The notes below the pieces were generated by a model. The model did not search any database and was not told the origin of the DNA. It worked only from the letters and a program-made list of their open reading frames with translations. From assembly GCA_012026655.1 (NCBI GenBank), contig JAAILG010001185.1, forward strand, positions 1 through 64,000: a stretch of DNA of 64,000 nt, written 5' to 3'. Origin of the DNA: Hydrolagus affinis. Taxonomy: Eukaryota. The translations under genes and the position numbers were made by a program. Positions 1 through 10,869 of this stretch are shown here, piece after piece (position 1 is the stretch's first letter; each line of letters opens with the position of its first letter).

Positions 1-64
1 TATTCCCGAGTACCTTCATCTGTGGGGTGTAAACCTAGTGCCAACCGGATTGTATTTTTTCCAG

Positions 65-177
65 GGTTTTTGAGAAATGTGAAATCTGACCTGGGATCAG
101 CAGATATTAGTGAGGCGTGTCTATTACATCAGCAAGAGAAAGTGCGAACGGCGTTCAGACCCGTGCTGAAGAGGTGA
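65..177 (+). CDS. irx6: Last coding exon of an Iroquois-class homeobox gene, most likely Irx6 (partial; the rest lies upstream of the window)
   Basis: Acceptor ttttttccag| at 64/65. Phase-1 translation (G)FLRNVKSDLGSADISEACLLHQQEKVRTAFRPVLKR* with TGA at 175-177, resembling the fish Irx6 C-terminus (..TAFRPVMKR*) as I recall it. Donor gag|gtaggt at 178/179. Confidence 0.75.
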
Positions 178-790
178 GGTAGGTGACAGGATTCCCTTCT
201 CACAATTCAGTTAGACTGGGGGTCGTTTGGGGGGAGGGGGAGGGAGGGAGGAAGAGGGGGGAGGGGACAGTTTTTCTGGTTAACCTCACCTGGGTTTGGG
301 GCCAAATACCGTCTGGTTAATCCCACAGCCATATTGCATTACCTTAAAAACACATTTAAACCCTCCCAATGCAGACAGAGGTAGTAGGCCCGCATTACAT
401 GGAGTTTGAGAACAGCTTCATGTTATTGGCTGAAGTTCTTCCAAACACATTATGCAAATCAGTGGTTGCCTTTTTCGTTGTTGTTGTTGTTATTTCTCTG
501 GCAAATAACTTTGGGGCTTTGTTCCCAATGTTTGTGTGTGTTTTTTTTAAAACAAAAACTACTCTCTCCCTCTCTGGTATCTGAATAAGAGGTTGGTCTT
601 CACCAGTTGGTTATATACAGTATCATATAATGTAGACAGTAATGTAGACTGGTGTTTACTAGATGGTGTATAACAGCTAAAGCACAGGCGACGTAAAAAT
701 GCATCTGTTTTCTAGCTACAATGCTGGGAACTTGGCGAAGTGTGTCTTCAATTGTGTGTCATTCTGTGTGTGTTTTTTTTTAATCCCCAG

Positions 791-1515
791 GTTTGTTTAG
801 CGCTGATCCACACTGTACCCCAAGGCGAACCTGCACAAACACCTTTATTGTATGCACTAGTGATCTGACAATACACTGGAGAAAAAAAAATGAAACAGGA
901 CGAAGACACTGCCCAGCACTGACTTTCAAATCTGAGGTGGTTCATTTTTTTAAAAATAGAAGAGAAAGAGAGAGAGAGAGAAACACACGGCGGTCAATGA
1001 ATCTGCTGCAGATCAGAAAACGTTACTTCTGACCATATATGTCATGCACGAACTCGTTTTGATATGTTCAAAAGGGGGAGGGAGGGGGGGAGAATATCAT
1101 GTATATACGGACACCAGTAGAGACTGTGGGGAGCTATATGCTATATACCTTCTAATTATTAAAGCACTGGAAATGTTTGCCGCACAAATGGACATTATTT
1201 TCTTCCCTTGTATGTTTTTTTCAAAAAAAAATGGACTATGTTTAAAGTGAAGCACGTTGTTTTAAAACGCGAGGTCTTGTTGCATTTCACTTCTTTTTTT
1301 GAGGGGGTTTTGGGTGGGATGTCGCATCGATTTGTGTGTCTGTGTTTCACGTTTACCAGATTCTTATATTTAAAATCCGTTTCCTTTTTTTAAAAAAAAT
1401 TTACATTCGAGGTTTTTTTTTGATATTTTGAAAAAAAAAGATATATAAACACGCGCCCACTTTTATTTTCTTTTGTGCTGTGAAATGTGAATAAAGTACA
1501 ATTTGTCAAACCCGT
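791..1515 (+). other. Terminal non-coding (3'UTR) exon of the Irx6-like gene
   Basis: Pyrimidine tract and acceptor tttttttttaatccccag| at 790/791; U-rich UTR-like sequence; AATAAA at 1490-1495. The 3' end is approximate. Confidence 0.55.
1490..1495 (+). terminator. Polyadenylation signal AATAAA
   Basis: Canonical hexamer after a U-rich stretch, with GT-containing sequence downstream. Confidence 0.55.
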
Positions 1516-4500
1516 GCAACATGTGATAGTGTGCGAACTGCGAAGTCATGGTGCGGTCTATTTAAACACGTTTGGGAGGCGGATGTTTTATTATGTAATT
1601 AAATGAAATCACACCAATTGCTGGAAAGCGCGCCATAGCTATTTTGTTCGTGTGTGAAATGTTTTCGGAGGTCAACATTAAAACCTTTTTTTTTCCCCGT
1701 TTGGAGAGCAGATGTCTTATTTGTCAATTCATTCGCGATGAGGAGGGAGAGTCAGAGGTGGTGGTGGTGGGGGGTGAGGGGGGGGGGAAGCTTTTGACTC
1801 GAATCTCCAGTCGCACTAACCCAGCACTGATATCAAAGCTATTTGCAAACAAGTTTGTTTTTTTTTTGCAAGAGATGCAATGACGTTTCCCATTCGACAT
1901 TTTGCGAAAGCTGCGGACGCCACCGGGACGAGTCCAACTCTAGAGAGAAATCAATTGCAAGAAGTTTCCAAGAAACTTTGTGCGATTCTTGCTCCTCAAT
2001 TGGCAAAGTCCAGGGCACCTGACTCATAGAAGGTCACAGCTCGGGCAATATTATACACTTTATAAAACAAGAGAACCCAAAGAGACGAGGGTGTGACGCT
2101 TTTGCTTGTCTGTTGTTCATTGGAATAAGAGAGGCGGGGATACGATCAGAGAAGCCTTACTCTCCCTTTGCTCCCGTGTGTAAAAGAAAGTTGCGTTTGC
2201 AATGATTGTAGAGCTTTTTTAACACGTGTGTCCTGAAAGATTTTTCCCGGGATTATAGAAGATTCGCAAAGGTCCTTCAGGTTTTGAGAAGTGAACGTGA
2301 TATTATATCTATTTATATGTAATAATATACTATATATTAATTTTTTTTTAAAAAAAGGTGAAACTCTCAAGGTGAGATGTTGGAGTTGGGTGATGGCCAA
2401 ATAATCTTGGCCCAAATCACCAAATAAGTCGACCCTTTTATCTTGACATAAAGCACCTTGGGTGTCACTTTTGGTGGCGAGAGGAGAGCCGGACGTGGTG
2501 CAAATCAGTTCAACCAACACGCTGATATCACACCGCACCGCGTCCTCGCTGACTTGTGTTGCCACATGTGCGAATGGTCTAATCAATTGGTGCAAAGAGC
2601 TGCGTTTTAGTCGCAGGATTAACCATCACCATCAAAAAAAAATCCACAGCCACCCAACCTCACATCGCGAACCCAGCGCAGATACGACCAAAATTAAGTC
2701 GGCAGGGTTTCTAAACCACTGGGGGATGTCCCAAATCAATAACGTGGAGTTTCACCGCATTACAGTACATTGCTTCTAGAGGTTTAGCAACCTTTCCTTT
2801 AATTCCTATATTTCAATTTGCGGGTTTATACAATTAATTAAATGTAGCAATCTGCTGACCCAGATGGGAAATCTACGTCCACGAAGCGAGTGATAAAGTA
2901 ATAAAAATGCTTCATACCAGACCAATTTTGTCTTAGACTCCCCCCCACTCCCCCGCCCTTATATCCATCCCTTTTCTCCAATTTGCAATCGCCTCAACCT
3001 TTAAAATGCGAGTGAATATTCCAGGAGCTACGTGTTGGGAGCAAGTTTAATCAGGTCTCGTCTTTGCGGTAAAGATTCCAATCCTGGCGTATTCGCAATA
3101 AAAAAAAAGGCTTAACTTGTGGCGAGGAACCTGTCAATTACACAAACTGCATTCCCTCCCTCCCTCCCTCCCCACCCAACAACAACAATGTCATCTTTGA
3201 CACGGTGCGAACATTTGCCACCGTTGTGAGTAAGTCATTCCACAATCGAACCGAGTTGAAATCATTTACAAATTGATTTGTGTAAGTGACACTCAAATAC
3301 CTCAGTACTGTTTTGTAACAGTGTGAGAAATGGAAGAGTTTTTTTTGAAGTATCAAAATAATAATTTTCCCCAGCACACAGACTGGTTTAAATAAAACTT
3401 CCACCACAACACTGAAACTGCAATTTGCAGTAGAGTATCTTATCCATCGAGCAATGTCGCTTTGCTGTGTTAGATGACTTGACACCAGGGCGTAAAACCA
3501 GCTCTTGATTTACCAGTTTTTAAACTTTAAAATAAATTTAATCCCGACGCGTGAAGCAAAAAGGGAAAGAAAAAAAAAAGAAGTGAGAGAGAGAGATTTG
3601 GTCAGGAAGATTTGAAAGATTAATGTAAGCTTCAGTTCCTTGTGGTATCATTAAGTTGAATTTTGTTCTCGGGGATACATGGAAATCTTGGGAATAACTT
3701 TTCATTTTTAAAACATTTTGGTCTTTGCAGTGTGTGTGTGTGTGTGTGTTTTCTTCGGATGAGACCCTAGAGAAATAACCTTGAACCACACACATACCCT
3801 CACAAACTGCAACCACACAGACTTGTGTATTTTGTCTGAGGTTTGAAGGAGAGGTTTTTTTTTTCTTCATTATTGGAGCGTTTCGTGAGCAGTTTTGGGG
3901 TTGGTGAGGAGGGGGAATGAATGTTGTAGTTTGAGCAAACTTTGTTGCTTCCCCCCCCCCCCCCAAGTCTCCTTAAAAAAGGGGGGCGAAGCATTATTTA
4001 CAACAGGCTGCTGAAATGGCACATTATCCACAATGTGCCTGATCCACAGCTTTCCGGCTGGAAAATTAAGCTGGGAAAAGATAAACATTATTTCAAGTCG
4101 GATTTGAGAGGATTAGTGCATGTAATAAAGAGTATTAGTCTGATTCACAGGCTTCTTGCAAGTCGACTTGCAATGCCTTGGCAAGGGTGGGGAGTGGAGG
4201 GGGTGGTGGGGGGGGTTGGGAGGAGGGACGTGTGTAGAATAAATACATCAGGGAAGTTCTCTAACGCTGTTTGCAGTGAGGGTTTAATTGTTTAAAAGTA
4301 TCTCGAAACAACTGCAACAGGACAGTTGATTTTTTTTTAAAAAAACTTATTTTTTGATATTTCCAACATCATCCAAAAACTCTATAACCACTTCCCCCTC
4401 CCCACCTCCACACTCCTTTCACAGAGGAGCTGCTAGTTTGCGTTTCGAACGAATTAACACCTATAGTAACTTTAATTGTCACCGAGTATAGACTCATGTG

Positions 4501-5965
4501 TATGTATAGTGTAGAGTATACAGTACAGCAGGAAATTTACCCGGTGTCACCCCCACCAAAGGATCAAAATCTCCCCTCTCCCGAGGACAGACAGCTTTAA
4601 TGTCAGCTCAATAAATGTCCCATGTGTGGCTATAGCGCCGGATTAATGCCAAAGTGAAGCCACTTGCATCTCACTTCCATACCGAGCTCCACTTACACAC
4701 AGAGAGAGAGAGAGAGAGTGGGGAGGGGTGGGGGGAGGTCTCATTCATGACTGTGGGTTACTCTCTACCCTCACCCAATGGTCTCCAAAAAAAAAAAACC
4801 CCAATAAACTGCAGAATCTCAAACCACAATGAAAATCGTTTGGAAAAACATAACTACAAAAATTAGACATAAAGACATCACAGGGAACCGAACCACCCAA
4901 GTGCACTGTGATTTCTCCTGAACAATAGGCACTGAACCCACTGCAGGCAGAGGAATTATTGTGAAAACGCCATATAACATCCTGCTTCCTTGAAAGAACT
5001 CTGAATAACTCAAATACGAGCCTTGAGTACATGTCTCTCTCTCTCTCTCTCTCTCACACTCCACTAACCGCTCCCACCACCCCACTCTCACCTCACCCCC
5101 CCCCCCCCCATCACAATGCAATTTTATCTTTTGGTTGGAGGTTTCACATTGCAAGTTCTGCGCACTGTAAACTAGTGTCTGGTCTTGTTTGAGAGGCAGC
5201 CTTTGACCTCCTCTCATGTTTCCAGATAAAAAGGGACACCAGAGTTGTCAACTCTCACCACATGCATAATTAAGTTTAAAAAGTCAGAGGTCCTCAGCAA
5301 TGTAAACGGCACTGACCCTGGACTGATACCCAGAGGGTTACCAGCGACGTGCCTGCGGGTTCCAATACAAACAGCATGGAAGTGTATCCTACATCAGTGG
5401 CTTTGATCACACTCGATTCAGATCACGGTGACCTGAATGCAATGGGAATCTCCCTGTGTTTCAATTTACCTGCGAGGCGGCGCCCAGAATTAGTTCCAAT
5501 GCCAAGTCAAATTTAAATTACCAGCTGAAAGTCTGCCCTTGTGTCACTCACTTCAAGGAAAATGGCAGGCGATTTGGACAACACGTTAGCCTGACTTTGG
5601 ATTCCTCGCCTCTGAATTGGAGAGTATTTCAGATGCCAGTTTGATGGGAAATTCTCACTTCAGAATGCACCCAGAGCCAACATCCTTGAATTGTTTACAC
5701 GTTGATATTTCGTGTGTGTCAGCTTCAAAATTCCCCTCCAATGTGAATTTAAACAGCTTCATTGTAACCAGAACAAATAGCATTTCTGTTTAGGCAGCAA
5801 AGAAAAGCAATTTGTGGATGCCTGAACAGTTTTCTGCCACTGAATTAAATCTCACCTTAGTGTGTGATGGGCTATTGATGTGTGGTAAACTATACAAGAA
5901 CCCTTTTTGCAGTTATCTTTTTTAATGGCTAGCAGATACTATTTTCAAATAAAGTGATTAACATG

Positions 5966-6058
5966 TTTTGCCCATAAAGTGCACGGTCAGCTCACTTTAC
6001 AGTATATTCCGTGAAGTGCTTTGATGATGTGATAAGGCGTTATATCAAATGATTATTA
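5966..6058 (+). mobile_element. SINE 3' tail fragment (Deu-type SINE with L2-like tail)
   Basis: cactttacagtatattccgtgaagtgctttga...gcgttatatcaaatgattatt, a motif recurring throughout the window. Confidence 0.7.
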
Positions 6059-7332
6059 AATAAATTGCTTTCAAGCTAAATTCAAAATTTAATGCAGACT
6101 ATTGGAAAATCAATGAATTAAAGGAACAATGTTGGTTCTTTTGAAATAATGGAAACAAAGTAAGTTGTTTCAGCAAACTACAAATAGAAGTCGCAAGGTG
6201 ATATACAGCTGTGCATTGCAAGAAAAAGCAATCCTAATACATCACTTTTGACTACCTTTGCTTTAAATAGTCAATAAATATCATAATAATCATTTGGGGG
6301 CTACAGTAAATTTAGCAGTGTTTAGTGACAACAGGGATACATGTATGTTGAATACAAGCACAGTGTAAGGGTTATAGTAAGGCACTTTTCCTAAAATAAA
6401 GTCTGCATTTTGAAGTGGGCAGATAATTGGGTTTGATTTACATAGCTCTAGTGAAGCAGCTAGCATCAGCAAAGGCCCTATGGTCTCCCGTTGTACTGTA
6501 ATTTCCATGTTTCTATTTAGTAGATAGACTGCTTGTCCAATTACCACAATTGGATTTCCTTAGTGATTTTCAGTGTTAGGTGTTTGAGATAGAATTTATA
6601 AATATAGCCTGAGATACTTAGGAGGTAAGATTAGATTGTGTTATTAGGCAAACTTAATGTAACAGGAAGGATATCATGAATTCGGACCATCTGAGATGCC
6701 CTTCAAATTCACTGAAAATATGGCTGGCTTTCTTTTGGGATCACATACATAGATTTTCCCATTAAAGTCATCTGTAGCGAATTATAGTTGCTGAGTAGCT
6801 ACGTGTAAACATACTATAATTAGCAGCAGAAGGATTCAATCCATATCAGCAGGATACAAAACGAATCCTAACCAGCCATGTAAATGGGGTTTTACTACCA
6901 CATTATAGAACAGGTGGAAAACTAACAGTTTATAAGTCATTCCCAGCTCTGATGATAAACTCAACATTTCAGTGAGCACAAATTATTCTATGGGTACTCA
7001 GCAAAACACAGTTGGATGTTTGAAACATAGGCCTGGCTTCACTAAATACAAACACTACTTGCTTATAGTTTTAATGTAGAGGATACGAGGCCAATATTCA
7101 CAGTTTTATAAAATGTTCTGAAGATATTCATGGATATGACAATAATTTTAAATGATTAATCTGAGAAGCTGTATGAATTGTATGAATGTGTAAAGCTTGA
7201 TCAGTCTCAAATTCTCCTTTCCTATGTCTTAAATGATTTAGATAATTTTAGATAAATCGTCTCCAGAAACAGCCAACCCAAATATCTTCACTTCGGAAGA
7301 TACATAGGGGAGCTTCAATAATCTAAGAAAAT

Positions 7333-7440
7333 CCACAAATATACAGTCAATTCACTTTACAGTATATATTCTATGAAGTGTCTTTGACACGTTGATAAGA
7401 TGTGAAAAGCGCTATATCAACTGCAAGGATTATTATTATA
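7333..7440 (+). mobile_element. SINE 3' tail inserted in EVE fragment A
   Basis: acagtcaattcactttacagtata...tgaaaagcgctatatcaactgcaaggattattattat. Confidence 0.8.
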
Positions 7441-7814
7441 ATATCTTGTGAAAATGTCCTGATTAAAACCAGTTTTGATGAGCATGCAATCTTTGAAGTT
7501 ACAGAATGACCACTTTTGAAAAGCAAGTTAAGGTGCTATACAGATGTAATTTGTTTTTGTTGTTATCCATGATCTGGGAGTGCCTGATTGGTAATGAAGA
7601 CACTTGATGGAAAAATAGCTCTAAAATCCATCTTAAGACACGTAAAACTTCTTTTTTCAAAAAGAAATATCCAGAAAAAAGTAAGGAACTCCAAGTCCAC
7701 TAGCATGACGCACATGTTTGCTTTAATATTTGAGCACTTCTAGGTCCATCTTTGGAAAAATGTATTCAGTACTTAATTTAAATCTTAGGTCAGAATTCTT
7801 CCTCTCTGCAGCTG

Positions 7815-8023
7815 TTACATTTGTGTAGCACCTTTCACCCAAGGCGCTGGACAGTCAAGGTTTCAGACCTAAACTGGGGTCGGGATCGAGGAGGGTGGAG
7901 GGGAATTGGAGTGAACAATGGGACCGTCGAAGAGGAGAGGGTCTTGAGGCAGGACTTGAAGGAGGCTAGGGAGGGCGTGAGGTGGAGGAACTGCGGGATG
8001 GAGTTCAAGAGGTTAGGGGCAGA
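7815..8023 (-). mobile_element. L2 LINE 3' fragment inserted in EVE fragment A
   Basis: Minus translation NSIPQFLHLTPSLASFKSCLKTL (L2 ORF2 C-terminus); matches the copy at 22060-22502. Confidence 0.85.
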
Positions 8024-9899
8024 CTGCAGAATACACATCTAATATTCTGCACGGTTAACCTGTATTTTGTCCAAGCAAGCCAAGTTAAGATTGGAAGTAT
8101 GGAATTCACATACTTTAAAAAATCACTCTGAACATGGAAATTAGTGTGCTTTTTGGTTCAGTACAAGGGAGTTTTCCCTTCAAATAATAGTGAAAAACAA
8201 TTATTCTTCAATGTTTGTAACTTTAAGGCATCACCTTAACAACCAAATGTCTTGAAGATCACGTGCTCACTGGTGTACAACATATTTGTAACAGGCATTA
8301 AAATAGTTAATGGCACTTAATTCTTTTACTGTATTTAGAAATGGAGACGGTGCTTCATTGAGTAAGGATTGTAGCACATGTTTAGTTGAATATGTCAGTT
8401 CTGAAAAGGATGCTTTCATTCGGTGGAACTGCTTCCAATCTAATGTATCCAACAAGCTTCACATACGAACAAGACATTCTTGGTGCATGGAAGAATGCAT
8501 GATTTAATATTTGAGCACTTCTAGGTGTATCTTTGGAAAAGTCTAAGCGTAATAATTAAAATTTCTGCAGAATGGTTACAGATGCAGATTTATTTTGTGA
8601 GAAAGAATAATTAAAGGTCAACGGACAGTCATTCAGATTATCCAGACTGATCAGAAGTCCGTGCAATCTGTCTTGCAGCGAAGATATGTATCGCAAAGCC
8701 AAGATGTAATCTTTTGAAATCATATTCTGAATACTGTTTTTGATTAAAATCATGGCTGGGTTAGAAGCAAAAACTCATACAAAACATGTAAAAAAATTGA
8801 AAAAAGGTAGAATACTTAATTTTAAAAAATGGTACGTCCTGATCTAAAGTACTGGGACAAATCTTAGCATCAGAAAATTAAAGTTGAGCATTTCTACAAT
8901 ACTGGCCATTTCAAATGCTTTGTTCTATTTCAATTTCGGAATGAATAACCTTTCATAATTGGAGCGTTCAATAGATAGCACCTTACCATAGTGCTGTAAG
9001 GAACGTGGAAGATTTGGATGATTATTTTATTTGACTGAGTAAGGTGTTTAGGGAGAGGTATTTGGTCAGGCTCCATATGCACAGCAACATCAATATTTTA
9101 TTACAGCATTTAGATTCTCTGCTTGAGACATGACAGATCGCTGTGACTGGTCTGAGTTACATATCTTAAATTAAAAGACAAAAGCAAAGTAGACAAGACG
9201 TCCAATATCAGAACTCAGAAATATCCATGGTATGATCAATAAAAGGCATCAATGACAGTGTTTATTACATGGTGTATTTCGATTGAATGTTATCAGTGAT
9301 TTAAACAGGACACAGACACCAACTACTGTATATTCCTTATTTGTACATCAACAGCTTCCTGCAGCCGCTTAACCAAAAGTGGCTTTTCATAGATACATAG
9401 TCTTGATTCATTAGTTGCAAAAGAAAATTCAGTATTTTGGACTTTTGAGTCAAGCTACTGTAACTGACATTGCACACAACATACCAACTATCTGCTCAAT
9501 GTTTAACCTTAAATTGCTACAGGTTAATAAATAGTCTTTGTCTGTCAGATCATTCTGGGTCACACACGTACATGCAAGCAGACTCTTATACAAGCAAAGT
9601 GAACAAATGGCAGATACACGGCTTGATTGGGACTTTGCGAGGTTAATAGCACATGCCGAGGGACACTTTGATAAAATGAATGAGCAATAGCAAAATATCA
9701 ATCCCAAACAATCGTGAAGTAACACACAATTCAATAGTTTTTCAAGTAGATTTGAAATAGATTTCAGAAAAGCAGATAGATGCACAATAAAAACAAAACA
9801 AATAATTGAAAACATTTAAATATATTTTGCTGAAAGCTCAGCTACAAGAAGATCCTCCGGACAGGTTGCCGTGAGTTTTATCTAACTACAGTATTATAG

Positions 9900-9966
9900 A
9901 ACAACAACAACAAAATTACACTTGTATAGCGCCTTTTATGTCAGAAGGATATCCCAAGGTACTGGC
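9900..9966 (-). mobile_element. L2 LINE extreme 3' end with (CAA)n tail, inside the EVE
   Basis: acaacaacaacaaaattacacttgtatagcgccttttatgtcagaaggatatcccaagg, shared with 22060, 30293 and 40040. Confidence 0.8.
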
Positions 9967-10693
9967 ACACTAATCGACTAAAATTCAATGGTTACGGTTT
10001 AATTATTTTCCTTTCCCTCTATATGTACCGTGTTCTTATGTGTAATATATTTCAGATGATTGTGCTGTTCAGATTGTACAAGGATGGGATGAATGATAAA
10101 TCGCACTTTCACCGGCGAATTTTCAAGTTGCTTACGTTATCTTTGCAGATCATAAAACAAGTGGCTGAGGAAAAGGCAGTTAACATTACTGTAATTCTCC
10201 CTAGAAAAGATTTGGAACCAACAAACATGATCAAATATAATTGTTGTAAAAAAAACATAGCATTTCTCTCAAAATCACAGTTTAGAAATTTGGATTTTGA
10301 ATCCATTGCACAACAGTATTCTTACACAAGAGTTCCATGCTCTCCAAAAGTATATTGATACAATAATTGGGATAAGTTCAGCAATAATCTATTGTTCATA
10401 TTATAATAGGCGGGAAGCCACTTGATTTGAAAAGCTTCCAGAAAACGACATTTAGGATGGTGGGTGACATCCTGTCAAAACATGAAACTTTGCTCAAGTT
10501 GACATTACACATTTTCACTGAGGAATCCTTATCTTATCTCCCAACGTCAAGAACAGGGAAAGACTCCGGATGTAACACTGCTTTGTATAACTTCCAGATG
10601 AGATAGAATAGGTGTTTGTTAGTTGTCCACAACTTCTAGAAAACAGGGGTCGCTTAGCACTTTTTCTTTTCTAATTTGATAATTTTAAAAAAA

Positions 10694-10793
10694 TCTTCAT
10701 TTGATATAGCGCCTTATCATATCGTTGAAACACCTTAAAGTACTTCACAAAATATAATGTAAAGTAGATTGACTGTATCTTTTGTGGGCGAAA
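10694..10793 (-). mobile_element. SINE 3' tail at the junction of EVE fragments A and B
   Basis: catttgatatagcgcc...cttcacaaaatataatgtaaagtagattgactgtat. Confidence 0.75.
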
Positions 10794-10869
10794 TGTCTAA
10801 GAAGCACCAAATCTACAATCTGGTTTGATTTTTTTGTATCTCCCCACAACCCCCACCACCCCTTCCTTT

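Larger units (their letters stand above)
1..5500. promoter_or_regulatory. CpG-retaining (probably hypomethylated) domain over the 3' end of a developmental transcription-factor gene
   Basis: CpG is visibly frequent here (e.g. 1520-1650, 1900-1940, 2470-2720, 3000-3130) and scarce beyond about 5.6 kb; no LINE/SINE recognised in this stretch; many G/C runs and (GA)n/(TG)n tracts. Confidence 0.5.
6060..10605 (+). pseudogene. Endogenous viral element: decayed bunyaviral (hantavirus/peribunyavirus-like) L protein, RdRp core to C-terminus (fragment A)
   Basis: In order: IARK-xQ (6215-6231, motif F, cf. hantavirus IVRKYQ); KSA/LKWA (6399-6421, cf. EKALRWA); SAKALWSPV (6466-6492, motif A, cf. SADATKWSPG); N*QQKDSIHISRI (6818-6856, motif B, mostly 1-nt changes from NWLQGNLNYISS); SSDD (6945-6956, motif C, its SDD starting 130 nt after motif B vs about 132 expected); SEK (7160-7168, possible motif D); EKQVKVLY (7518-7541, cf. 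SKVERLY); P/DLGVP (7567-7585, cf. PxxLGG); YWDKS*HQKIKVEHFYNTGHFK (8850-8915, cap-binding-like). Long near-open frames at 9265-9819 and 10023-10358. Boundaries approximate. Confidence 0.75.

Noticed and set aside
369-5217. Many 60-150 aa ORFs in the first 5 kb
   Set aside because: Low-complexity translations of microsatellite and homopolymer tracts with no domain signal
6690-6740. MPFKFTENMAGF resembling the PIKK PFRLT motif
   Set aside because: No other kinase motifs; it lies between RdRp motifs A and B
10525-10570. PYLISQRQEQGKT resembling a MOV10/UPF1-type Walker A (PYLIFGPPGTGKT)
   Set aside because: It lies outside the long open frame here, lacks the core residues, has no downstream helicase motifs, and the region is better explained by the L fossil
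10605-10700. Bunyaviral terminal panhandle (TAGTAGTA/TACTACTA) at the end of fragment A
   Set aside because: Not present in recognisable form
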